From: Chiloscyllium plagiosum
Taxonomy: Eukaryota
Assembly (NCBI RefSeq): GCF_004010195.1
Contig: NC_057720.1
Coordinates: 91,839,695 to 91,903,694, forward strand
Direction of reading: 5' to 3'
DNA: 64,000 nt
Under the pieces are notes generated by a model, which had not been told where the DNA came from, made no database searches, and saw nothing but the letters and a program-made list of their open reading frames with translations. This document shows, one piece after another, positions 47,881 through 59,946 of the stretch. The position numbers and the translations under genes are program-made. How positions within the stretch are numbered: position 1 is the first letter of the stretch; each line of letters opens with the position of its first letter.

Positions 47881-49809
47881 CGGAACCAGCGACATGATGG
47901 GAAATCAGTGTCAGGGCAGTGGGAGCCCTCGAAGGACGAGACAGAGATCGTTCAGAATCTGTTCCCACAAAGAGTAAGGGTGGGACTTCCAAATCTAGAC
48001 CAAATGAACAAGAGGATTGGGGCCATGTACTGACATGGATTGGGAACTAGTTGGCAGACAGGACAGAAAGAATGAGTCTTTTTCTGAATGGCAGGTAATT
48101 ACCAGTTGTGGTACCACACGGGTCAGTCCTTGGTACTCAGTTATTCATAATATATAATAATAGAGTCATAGAGACCCAAAAGGCCCATTAGCCCATTGTG
48201 TCCAAAAAACAACAACCCAATAATTGTCAACCATTTTTGCAGCAAAAGGGAATTAAATGCGGAATGTTTAAGAAGGAATTAGATGTAGTTCTTAGGATTA
48301 AAGGGATCAAAGAATGTGGGGAGACAGCAGGAACAGGGGACTGTGTTGGATGATCAGCCATGATCATATTGAATGGTGGAGCAGGATTGAGGGGCCGAAT
48401 GGTCTACTGCTGCTCCTGTGCTTGATGTTTCTATCTGTAGCTCAGATAATGAAGGAATGTCTCTCATCATTTTGAAGCTGGAAGTCAGATGTGTGTGGAA
48501 GTGGAAGATGTGGCAATGGTGATTAATGCAGGTCAGGAAGGTGGTTAGGAAGACACATGGGATAAACTGTTTTTTCTTTTTCCCTGGATCAGCAGCATTT
48601 ATTGCCCATCCCTAATCACCCAGAGGGCAGTTTAGAATCACCCACATTACTGTGGGTCTGGAGTCACATTAGGGAATCAGATGGTGTTTTCCTAACAATC
48701 AACGATGGTTTCATGGTCATCATTAGACTCTTAATTGCAGATTTTCTTTTGATTGAATTTGAATGCCACCAACTGCTGGATTCTAACCCTGGTTCCCAGA
48801 ACATTACCTGGATCTCTGGCTTAACACTTCAGCTATAATACCATGAGGCCATCACCTCCTTTATCTCATTTGGTTGACAGTGAAAGCAAGGAGTTTGTTT
48901 ATTCTGGAACTGTATAAAACCCCAGTTAGAGCACAGTGAGAGAACTGTATACGGTTCGGGTCACCACATTACAGGAAGGATGTGATCCCTCGAGAGACCA
49001 GGACAGAGGAGGAGTTCATCTGGAATGGCGACTTTGAGCTTTGAGGAATGATTGAATTGGCTGGGAGTGTTTTCATTGGGACAGAGGAGGCAGAGGGGAG
49101 ATTTGATGGTGGTGTGTAAAATGATGAAGGACCTGGATCGAGTGGGTAGGAAGGACTGATTTCCATCAGCACAGACAGCAGTAACCATGGGGAGAGATTG
49201 AAATCAGTTGGGGGCAGGGTTAGAGGGGAGTTGAGGGTATTTGTTTTCACCCACATGGTGTGATGTGGGACTCACTGTCTGAAAGGGTGGGAGAGGCAGA
49301 AACCCTCATCATATTGAAAAAACACTTGGATATTCACTTCAGGAAAGAGTCACGTTGGGTGTCTGTGTAGAATGTTCTGGATTATATTTCAAACCTTGCT
49401 GCACAACACTGGGCTGACGACAAGGGTGAGACTGCAAAGAGTCTCAGTGTCCTGGGATCAGACAGGGTCACTGCTCCTAATGACCCCATCCCCCCTGGAA
49501 GGTGAGAGTGCTCAGACAATGGATGAGGATCCGGATCAGGAGACTCCAACCTTAAAGAAAGACTTGCATTTGTGTAGCACCTGTCCCCAACTCAGAATGA
49601 CCCAATGGATCTTTCCAGCAGACTGTGCACAGCGGGATCCCAAACACTGTGGGATAATTAGCAGAGAAATACATTCTCAGTGATTTTGACTGGGGGATAA
49701 ATATTGACCAGGGACACCAGGGGGAACTGCCTGCTCTTCATCCAACAGTGCCATGGAATGGCATCTTTCACAACTGAAAGACTCCCAGCTTATCCAAAAA
49801 ATGGAGAAA

Positions 49810-50480
49810 ATTCCTTGAAGATGAAGTTGCAGGTAGGTAGGGGAGTGACAACGTCATTTGGTTTGTTTTCCTTTATTGGTCAGTGCATTGAGTATTGGAG
49901 TTGGGAGCTGTTGCAGCTGTACAGGACATTAGTTAGGGGACTTTTGGAATACTGTGTGCAATTCTCGTCACCCTGCTACAGGAAAAATGTTGTGAATCTT
50001 AAAATGGTTCAGAAAAGATTTACAAAGATATTGCCAAGTTTGGAGGGTTAGCGCGAAAGGGAGAGGCTGAATAGGCTAAGGCTGTTTTCCCTGGATCATT
50101 GCAGGTTGATGGGTGACCATATAGAGGTTTATAAAATCATGAGGGACATAGATAGGGTGAATAGAGAAGATCTTTTCTCCAGAGTGGGGGAGTCCAGAAC
50201 TGGAGGGCATAGGTTGAAGGTGACAGGGGAAAGATTTAAAAAGGACCTAAGGGACAACATTTTCATTCAGAGGATGTTAAATGTGTGGAATGAGCTGCCA
50301 GAAGAAGTGGTGAAGGCTGGTACAATTACAACATTTAAAAGGCATGGGTATGTAAATAGGAAGATGTTAGAGGGATATGTGCCAAATGCTGGCAAACAGG
50401 ACTAGATTAATTTAGGATATCTGGTCAACATGGACGAGTTGGACCGAAGGGTCTGTTTCTGTGCTGTCCATCTCTCTGAT
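49810..50480 (+). mobile_element. CR1-type LINE 3' fragment
   Basis: LQLYRTLVRGLLEYCVQF, GDHIEVYKIM and VWNELPEEVV. Confidence 0.88.
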
Positions 50481-50849
50481 TCTAATTGTATTTCAATCCA
50501 GCCCTTAACACTTCAGGCTCTCCCAAAGACATTTACAGGTAGTTTTGTTTGACAAGCAGTCACTGTTGCAATGTCAGTAACGTGGCAGCCAGTTTCTGCA
50601 CAGCAAGATCCCACGTGAAGCAATGAGATCAAAGAGCAATAATGATGTTGGCTCAACAATAAATATTGGCCTGAATTCAACCCAAAGAGAAAGTAATTTG
50701 GTTCAGTTGGATGAAAATGTGAAAATGGAAGGTGAAGGAGAAGGTAGGATTGCTGGTTAGTGATGGGAATAATTGTTACCAGAAAATAAAAGAAAGGGAT
50801 GGAATTTTTGAATATCAAAGTAACCATAAAAGTGCAGGGAAAATCAATA

Positions 50850-53695
50850 ATAGAACAAACTTAAAGAGTTTGTATCTAAATGCACGAAGCATTCCGAGTA
50901 AAGTCGACGAAGTGATGCCACAAATTGAGGTAAATTGAGTTTCTAAGAAATTTAAACCAGTTAAAGTGGAGGGAGAGGTTATTCAAGTTTCTAGAAGATG
51001 TGATAGGACAGAGAGTGTGGGAAGGATCAGAGATCAAACATTAAGCACAGCAGATAAGGGGACAATGATGGGAAGGAGGGCAGTCCATGCAGGACTTAAA
51101 AGCACACAGTATACACAATGAGCTTGTCGTGCAGGTTGAAACTGGCAGATACGGTGCTGTGGCTGTCACAGAGACATGGCTGTAAGGGGATCCGGGCTGG
51201 GAACTAAATATCCAAGGATCCATGTCCCATCAAAAGGACAAGCAGATGGGCAAAGGGGCAAGAGTTGCCTTGTTAATAAGAAATGAAATTAAATCAATAG
51301 CAAGAAGTGATAGAGAGTCAGAAGGTGTAGAATCTGTGTGGGTAGAGTTGAGGAACCGCAAGAAATAAAGAATCTGATGCAAGTTATGTCCAGGTCTCCA
51401 AGCTGTAGTCAGGGGGTGGGGAATGAATAGGTGGACTGGATAGAACGTCTCAAGGAAAGGGTTTCATGGAATGTCTACGAGATGGTTTTTGAAACAGCTT
51501 GTTATTGATCATTTGGAACAGGCAGTTTTGGATTCAGTGATGTGTAATGAGGCAAAGTTGATTAGTGAGCTGAAGGTGAAAGTATCCCTATGGATAAGTG
51601 TCCATAATATGATAGAATTCCCCCTGTAGTTTGAGAGGGAGAAGCTGCAATCAGATGGAACAGGATTTCAATTGAGTAAAGGTAAGTACAAAGACATGAG
51701 GAAGGAGCTGGCCAGAGTTGATTGGAAGGGGAGCCGAGCAGGTAATTTGGTGGGGCAGCAAACAGCAGAGTTTCTGGGGATAATTCAGGAAGCAGAGCAG
51801 GAATTCATCCCAAAAAAGAAGAAACATAATAAGGGGAGGACAAGTCAACCATGGCTGATGAGTGAGGTCAAGGACAGCATAAAAGCAAAAGGAAAAGCAT
51901 CCAATGTGGTGGAGAATAGTGGGAAGCCAGAGGGTTAGGAAATCTTTAAAAACCTGTGGGGGATAACGAAAAAAGCATTAAGGGTGGAGAAGGTGAAATG
52001 TGGGGGTAAGCAAGCCAGTAATATACAAGGAGATTGCAAGAGTTTCATCATATATATAAAAAGGAAGAGGGAGGCAAAAATAGACTTTTGATCGCTGGAA
52101 AATGAGGTTGGAGAAAGGATAATAGGAAATGAAGAAATAGCCGAAGAATTGAATCTTTGCATCAGTCTGCACCATGGAACACAACAGCAGGATCCCAGTA
52201 CTTCAAGACTGTCAGGGGTCAGAGGTGAGTGTAGTGGACATCACTAAGGAGGTGATACTGGGGAAACTGAAAGGTTTGAATGTGGATAAATCACCCAGAC
52301 AAGTGTGTTCTGAAGGAGATCACTGAGGAGATTGTGGGGACATCTTTCAGGAATCAATGGAGTCAGGGTGTGGAGGTGGGGTGAGGAGGGATTTGGTGGG
52401 GGCAAGGGACAGTAAAATGGCTCACATAACAGCCCTGTTTAAGAAAGGAGGGAAGTAGAAGATGGGACATTGCAGGCCAGTTACCCTGGACTCATTTGTT
52501 GGTAAGGTTTCAGATTTCAATTGAAGGATGAAATTGTAGAGAACTTGGAAGTGCATTGAGAAAATAGGGCTGAGTCAAGGGGAGGTCATGCCTGGCAAAT
52601 CTGTTAGAATTCCTTGAGGAGACAATGAGCCAGTCAGACAAAGGAGAGTCTGAGGAAGTAACCTATTTGGATTTTCCAGAAGGCATTTAACATGAGATAA
52701 GCGCCCATAGTGTTAGGGTGAGGTACTTGCATGGACTGAGGACTGGCAGGTTGGCATAAAGCAGAGAGTGAGGAACAACGGCAGCTGGTGACCGGTAGAG
52801 TCCTGTAAGTGTCAATGTTGGGGCTATAACTATTCATGTTATACATTAACAACCTGGATGAAGCAAGTGAAGATATTGTTGCTAAGTTTGCAGACGACAA
52901 GGTGGAGGGACAGGCAGTGTTGAGGAAGTGGGAAGGCTGCAAAGAAGTGGCAGATAGAATACAATGTGTTACAGTGTGAGGGTATGCACTTTGGTAGGAA
53001 GATGAGATGCAAAGACTGTTCTCTAAATGAGGAAAGCCTTTGGAAATCTAAAGCACAAACCTCATTCAGGATTCTCTGAAGGTTAACAGGTAGGTCCAGT
53101 TTGTGCTTGGGAAGGCAAATGAAATGTTCGCATTCATTTAAACAGAGCCAGAATACAACTACATTTTGAATATTGTGAGCAGATTTGGGACCCATGTTCT
53201 AAGAAACAATGTGCTGGCATTGAAGGGGTTTACAAGAATGATCCTGGGGATGAAGGGCTTGTCATATGAGGCATGGTTGAGGACTCTGGGTCTGTACTCG
53301 ATGGAGTTTAGAAGGATGAGGAGGGACCTTATTGAAATTTACAGAATACTGACAGGCCTGGATAAAGTGGATGCAGAGAAGATGTTTCCAAAAACCGGAG
53401 AGACTCGGTAACCAGGGCACAGCCTCAGAATGAAGGGCCGACCCTTTAGAGCTGAGATGAGGAGGAATATCTTCAGCCAGAGGGATGTGAATCTATGGAA
53501 CTCATTGTTACAGAGGGCAGTGGAGGCCAAGTCACTGAGTGTATTTAAGACAAAGATAGATAGGTTCGTGATTGTTAAGGGGATGGAAAGTTCCTGTGGA
53601 GCAGGCAGGAGAATGGGGGTGAGAAGCATATCTGCCAAGATCAAATGGCCGAGTAGATTCCATGGGCTGAATGGCTGATTTCTGCTCCTATTTCT
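50850..53695 (+). mobile_element. Degenerate CR1-type LINE ORF2 (endonuclease through RT to 3' end)
   Basis: LYLNARSI, VAVTETW, KFADD and RRMRRDLIEIY in order, with many lesions. Confidence 0.85.
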
Positions 53696-53749
53696 TAAAG
53701 TCATCTGGAGAGTTTCCCCAAACCCCTGGAACACTGAACCCACTGGACT

Positions 53750-55106
53750 GTGAGCCCTGCTGGAGCTGTTTGTCATCAGAACTCTGCAAAGAGATAATCC
53801 AAGAGTGGAAAGAGTGTGCATCCATGTGGGAACTTCAGAATGTTTCCCAGCTCCTGGAATACCATGAGTACAGGAAGTGTGGTCAGTGACAGTAGTTGGA
53901 GCTCCAGGTTTTGGAGCTTGAGCAGCAGCTGGTGTCAGTGCGGAGCGTCCTTGAGGCTGAGAGCTCCGTGGAGAGCACATTTCTAGATGTGGTCACTCTG
54001 CAGCTTCAGAGTAGGCAGGGAGAGAGGGAATGGGGGAGCACCAGACAGTCCAAAAGGACCAGGCAGCTAGTACAGGAATCCCCTGAGTGCATACCACTGT
54101 CCAACCAGGATTCAGTTCAGAATCCTGATGAGAATGATGGTTCATCTGAGGAGTGCACCCAGAGCCAAGTCCCTGGCACCATGGGGGGTTCAGCTGTACA
54201 GGGCGGCACAAGGAAGCCTGGAAGAGCGATAGTGAGAGGAGATTCGAGAGGGAGTGCAATTGATAGGTGCTTCTGCAGCTGCAAATGGGAATCTAGGATG
54301 GTGTGTGTTGTCTCCCTGGTGCCAGGCTCAAGGATGTCACTGAGCAGCTGCAGAACACCCTGAGGGGAGAGGGGGAACAGTCAGCAGTCGTGGTCCACAT
54401 CGGTCCCAGTGACAGGGGGAGAAAAAGGATGTGGTCCTGCAGTCAGAATTTAGGGAACGTGGAAAGGAATTAGGACCAGGAACTAAAAAGAAGGAATCTG
54501 CTCATTACTTCCAGTGCCCCCCCACAAGTGGAAAGAAAAACATGAGGATAACACAGGTGACTGTGGGGCTGGAGAGCGGGTCCAGGAGGGAGGGCTTTAG
54601 ATTCTTGGGACATTGAGACTGGGTCTGGGGGAGATGGGACTTGGACAGACCAGACAGCGTTGCTCCTGAACAGAGCTGGGATTGAGCTCCTTTGGGGTGA
54701 ACTGGGCTGTGGGAGCCAGTGGGGAATATCATAGAGAAACACCAAGGTCCACGGAATCCTCAGTGCAGTCAATAAGTCACCACCCAGTGGGAAGGATGTG
54801 GAGGAATACAAATGCAAGAAATTTACAGAGACCTGCAAACATGATAGAATCGTTATAAATGGGGGGACGGGGTCTTTAATTTCTGAATATAGACTGGGGT
54901 AGTAGCAGTGTAACAGGCAGAGAGAGGCCAGAGTTGTGAGAGTGTGTTCAGGTGAATTTTCAGGTGGCATCGTGGACAGTGAAGAAGGCTGTCTCAGAGT
55001 ACAATGGGATCTTGGCCAACTGGGTCAGTGGGCTGAGGAATGGCAGATGGAGTTTAATTCAGATAAATGTGAGTGCTGTATTTGGTAAGACACAGGAGAT
55101 GGGTGA
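53750..55106 (+). mobile_element. Degenerate CR1 ORF1 (zinc-finger/esterase-like) and ORF2 pieces
   Basis: CASMWE, a leucine-rich coil, AIVRGDS, LPGAR- and VVVHIG-type motifs. Confidence 0.7.
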
Positions 55107-55606
55107 NNNNNNNNNNNNNNNNNNNNNNNNNNNNNNNNNNNNNNNNNNNNNNNNNNNNNNNNNNNNNNNNNNNNNNNNNNNNNNNNNNNNNNNNNNNNNN
55201 NNNNNNNNNNNNNNNNNNNNNNNNNNNNNNNNNNNNNNNNNNNNNNNNNNNNNNNNNNNNNNNNNNNNNNNNNNNNNNNNNNNNNNNNNNNNNNNNNNNN
55301 NNNNNNNNNNNNNNNNNNNNNNNNNNNNNNNNNNNNNNNNNNNNNNNNNNNNNNNNNNNNNNNNNNNNNNNNNNNNNNNNNNNNNNNNNNNNNNNNNNNN
55401 NNNNNNNNNNNNNNNNNNNNNNNNNNNNNNNNNNNNNNNNNNNNNNNNNNNNNNNNNNNNNNNNNNNNNNNNNNNNNNNNNNNNNNNNNNNNNNNNNNNN
55501 NNNNNNNNNNNNNNNNNNNNNNNNNNNNNNNNNNNNNNNNNNNNNNNNNNNNNNNNNNNNNNNNNNNNNNNNNNNNNNNNNNNNNNNNNNNNNNNNNNNN
55601 NNNNNN
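55107..55606. other. Assembly gap of exactly 500 N (probably an unsized scaffold join)
   Basis: Round length; it separates the Ig-bearing contig from the RABGAP1L exons. Confidence 0.8.
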
Positions 55607-56630
55607 AGAGAATCCCCTAACACAATTGATCTCTTGGAAGCCGACGTACTCCTCGTTGCATTAGAGCCAGCCTCAATACCAGAAACTTAGCTGTTTGTGC
55701 TATGTTCCCCTGAGAATCCATCACCCCCTACATTTTCCAAAACATTATACCTGTTTGAAATGGGTATATCCACAAAAGTCTCCTGTCCTCGTTGCCTACC
55801 TCTCTTACCCTTCCTGGAGTTAAGTCGTGTCTGTGGCTGTATCTGAGACTTTCCCCCCTTCCTATAACTGCCATCCATCTCATACTATTACTGTTGCAAA
55901 TTCCTCATTGCTTCTAACTGTGTCTCCAATCGATCCATTCGATCTGATAAGATTCACATCCAACAGCATTTATGGCAGATATAATCCGCAGTTACCCTTA
56001 AACTCTCTTTAGACTCCCACATCTGATAAGATGTACATATCACTGCAAAGCCATTTTTGCTCCTTCACAATCTACAGACCCAGAAAATAACACTGTCTTA
56101 TTCCTTTACAAAACACGGCACCAAGTCAAATTAATAGTTATGGCTTATATTTTAAGTTTAATCAAGAGACTTATCTCCAAAAACATAGAGTCAAGAAAGA
56201 ACCCACTGTACTCACTACTGCAGCCTTTCTATTGGACAGACTTAAAACAACTATTAACTTATCTGATTCTGTATTGTGAACTTCACCCAAACAGGTTCCT
56301 CCAAGATTAGTTGTGAAATTCACTGTTTGTTAATTTTCCCAGATGCACTCCGATGTCTAGCGATACATGAATTCGAAAACAGCAAAGGCAGTAACCGTGC
56401 AGTCTCTCTCTCTCTCTCTCTCTCTCTCCTGCACTGTCCTCACCATGTGCTTACTGCTGTTGTTTTGACTTTTTTTCCCCAAAGTTCCAAAACAATGCAA
56501 CAGCATACAAAACAGTAATTGCTGCTCCTGGAATTTGAGGAAATCACTTAAAATACCTCAAAAAAAAAGGAGCAGCTCTTACAGCCAGAAATTTTTCCCA
56601 TCCTGCATCTTGGATTACCCAGAATCCAAA
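55607..56630 (-). mobile_element. CR1 5' region / ORF1 start
   Basis: Minus-strand VDIPISNRYNVLENVGG, typical of CR1 ORF1. Confidence 0.6.
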
Positions 56631-57544
56631 CCCAGCATCAGTTTAAGGTCAGAGGAGAAAGAATAAATGGGAACCTGAGGGGCAACCTTTTTACACAGAG
56701 GGTGGTATACATATGGAATGAGCTGCCAGTGGAAGTAATTGAGGTGGGTACATTAACAACATTTAAAAGGCATTTGGACAAATACATGGATAGGAAAGGA
56801 TAAGAAAGATTTGGGAGTAAGTGGGGACTGCAAATGCTGGAGATCAGAGTCAAAAAGTGTGGCACTGGAAAAGCAGAGCAGGTCAGGCAGCATCCGAGGA
56901 GCAGGAGAGTAGATGTTTTGGGCATAAGCCTAATTTGGGCAAAGTACAAGGAAATGGGGTTAGCGTGGGTGGACATTTTGGTAAACATGGACCAATTTGG
57001 GCCAAAGTGTCTCTGTGCTGTAGCACTCTATGACTGTATGTGACCATTGACTTCTGCAGCTGTGTGACACCTGTCCTTGGCACATGTAATTTTGCACAAG
57101 TACAGTCCGTGAGCACTTTAATATGTACAGTTTTCCCAACAAAGAGATATCTTTTTACACACTTCCACGAGAGGAAACATCTACATACACAATTGCAATC
57201 ACATGCCAATTGCTAATTCTGAATCATCTGCCTGCCTATTTAAATGTGTTTTTCAAAATAAAGTGTTTATTTATTTCGACTAAAAATGCTACTGCAGGCT
57301 ATAAATATTCACATTCTCTCCAGGTGTTAGAATTCTGGCGTTTTACTGACTTCCTTAGTGACCTGATTGAACAAAGTATCCTAATGTTGCCTGTCCTTTA
57401 AAAATCGTAAGAATACAGGTTAAAAATGTGTAGAATTCTTTTAAACTGTGAGCTGACATGGGGGCACATCTTTACAGGGTGGAGACAGTGTTTGTGGAGC
57501 TGGGAACTGAGCCTTGATTTTCACTGCTGTTTTGTTCTCCGCAG

Positions 57545-57619
57545 GCGTACTCTGTGTATGACGAGGACATTGGCTATTGCCAGGGCCAGTCGTTCCTGGC
57601 TGCTGTACTTCTGCTGCAC
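57545..57619 (+). CDS. RABGAP1L: Rab GTPase-activating protein 1-like, TBC-domain exon (75 nt)
   Basis: TTCTCCGCAG acceptor and GTAAGT donor; encodes AYSVYDEDIGYCQGQSFLAAVLLLH with the TBC YxQG glutamine finger. DEDIG matches RABGAP1L rather than RABGAP1 (DEEIG) as I recall them. Confidence 0.92.
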
Positions 57620-59702
57620 GTAAGTACATTGTTGTGCGTCAGAGAATTTCATGTCACCACATACGTTATGGCAGTCAGGACTTCTGACCTTCATCCACCC
57701 CTTGTGGCAATCACTTTCTGTGCACGTAGCTGGGCAGTAAACCAGTTAATGAGATTAATGAGGAAGAGCCAGGTTGGGTTTTGCAATGGTCCTGCGGCTT
57801 ACACTATCACCTCCAGTAAGCGTCACGGGAGAAGGTACTTGGCAGTTATCAGGTGGCTGTCTGCCACAGGAACAGAAGAAACTCACGTGAAGGACCTCAA
57901 CCTGGCAGTGAGATGCTATTCCTCAGGCTGTTGAAGCCAGGTAGGAGGTGAGCCCTTAGAGTTGGTAGCCTCCCCCCCTCCCCCTTCCCCCAACCATCAA
58001 GTTCCAGATTCTCAATCCCAAGCTGCTGCACATGAGCAGACTGTGATCCCCTACCCCTTGACTTTAGTTGGAAATATTGCTCCATGTGTACCACACTAAC
58101 AAGAGGTTCTGGTACTTCAGAAAAACCTTCTCAGAAGGTTGGAACTTGAAATGAGTACGGGTTTTAAGAAGGAAGCAAGAGGCTGGCAGCAAAGGCAGCT
58201 CCATTAACCGTGACACACGATACAGGAGCACAATAGGCTAATCTGGCTGTCAAATCCACTCCCTCAGTCACTGAGATCATGGCTGTCCTGATAATCTTCA
58301 ACTCCACTTTTCTTGCCTTTTCCTGTAACCCCTGATTCCCTTACTCTTTCAAACTCTGTCCATCTCATCCTCGGATACACTTAATGACCCTCCTTGACAT
58401 CCTTCTGTGGTAAAGGATTCCGCAGATTGACTGCCCTCAGCCGATAAGAATTTCTGAGCTGCAGTCGCTGTTTTAAGATTGAGGACTGAGGCAGTCAATT
58501 TGTGCGCAGCAAGCTCCGACAAACAGAAATGTGATGACAACTAGGTCATATGTTTCAGTGATGTGGATCCAGAGCTAAATGTAAATTGTTCGGGGCACCT
58601 GGGATGCCATGGGTCTGTTTGCGTACCCTGGGAGGCAGACCGATGTTCATGTCTGATGGTGGGGAGCTCATTTCACAGAATCACAAAGTTGTTACACTGT
58701 AGATGGAAGCTGTTCAGCCCATCATATATCCACTAACAAACTGAATGCGCATCATTACTTACTGCCATTCTCCTGCCTTTTCCAAAAATCCTGCACTTAA
58801 CTAAATTATCATCTATTGCCCTCTTGAATGCCTTAATTGAACCTGCCTGCACCAGGTCGGGAGCTCCAAAACCAAATCGCTCACAATGTGCTTCATTTGT
58901 AAGTTACCTTATATTTTCACCCTCTGTTCTCACTTCTTTTATGGGAGGGAACCTTTTCTCCCAATCTACTCCATCCAGCCACCTCTTGATTCTGAAAACT
59001 ACTATTAACTCTGCTCTCAGCACTTTTCTCTCCGTGGAAAACAGTCCCATAGTCTCCAATAGTCTGATGCCCAGAACGGCACAGTACTGCAGCTGAAGTC
59101 TATCTGGTGTCTTGTGATGGTTCAGACTAGCTTCCTTTCTGTTGTACTCTTTGTCCCTATTATTGAAGCCTAGGATAGTGTATGCTTTATTAATTGTATT
59201 ATTAATTATTAATTGAAGCACTGGCATACCTGTCTTGTCACCTTTAATGACTGAGGCAGATATCCACCCAGGTCACTGTGCCCTGCATAGTTAGGATAGT
59301 GCCCATTATTAAGAGTCTTTCTCCATATTCTTTCCATGAAAGTGCTGTTTACTATGCTTCCATATTTCGTATCTTCCACTAATTTGGAAATTGTCCCCTG
59401 CACATCAAGAAGTTGCTAGTCAGTGAAGGTAAACAGATCGGTCTCTAACTGCTGGATTTCTCCTTACAAATTCTTTTCGAGCAAGGGCACAATGTTTTCA
59501 ATTCTCTAGTTCTCCATCAGTGCCTCTGTGATTTCCACCCTTCAATATTAATGGCAAGGTCCTGGGGAGTGTTGCTGAGCAAAGAGTGAGGGTTCATAGC
59601 TCCTTGAAAGTAGAGTCACAGGTAGATAGGATCGTGAAGAAGGCGTTTGGTATGCTTTCCTTTGGATGTAAGTTTGCTAACTAGCTGGAAGGTTCTTTTT
59701 CA

Positions 59703-59736
59703 GATGTTTCATCACTATACTAGGTAACATCATCAG
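59703..59736 (-). ncRNA. Minimal hammerhead motif, slightly decayed (same type as the Penelope termini)
   Basis: The minus strand reads CUGAUGA-U-GUUAC(CUAGUAUA)GUGAU-GAAACAUC. Confidence 0.6.
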
Positions 59737-59910
59737 TGAGCCTCCGATGGTGTTAGTGACCCACTTTCTATTTATGTGTTTACGTTTCCAAAACTCAAAA
59801 CTCGCTAATGCTTTCCTTTATTGGTCAGAGTATTGAGTACAGGAGTTGGGAGCTGAAAATGTGTTGCTGGAACAGCGCAGCAGGTCAGGCAGCATCCAGG
59901 GAACAGGAGA

Positions 59911-59946
59911 ATCGACGTTTCGGGCATAAGCCCTTCTTCAGGAATC
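59911..59946 (-). ncRNA. Minimal type-I hammerhead ribozyme motif, intact core
   Basis: The minus strand reads GAUUC-CUGAAGA-A-GGGC(UUAU)GCCC-GAAACGUC-GAU: both conserved boxes, a perfect stem II, a palindromic ACGU stem III and a GUC cleavage triplet. Confidence 0.75.

Noticed and set aside
57554-57934. 126-aa ORF as a stand-alone TBC protein
   Set aside because: Similarity ends exactly at the GTAAGT donor at 57620; the remainder is intron read-through.
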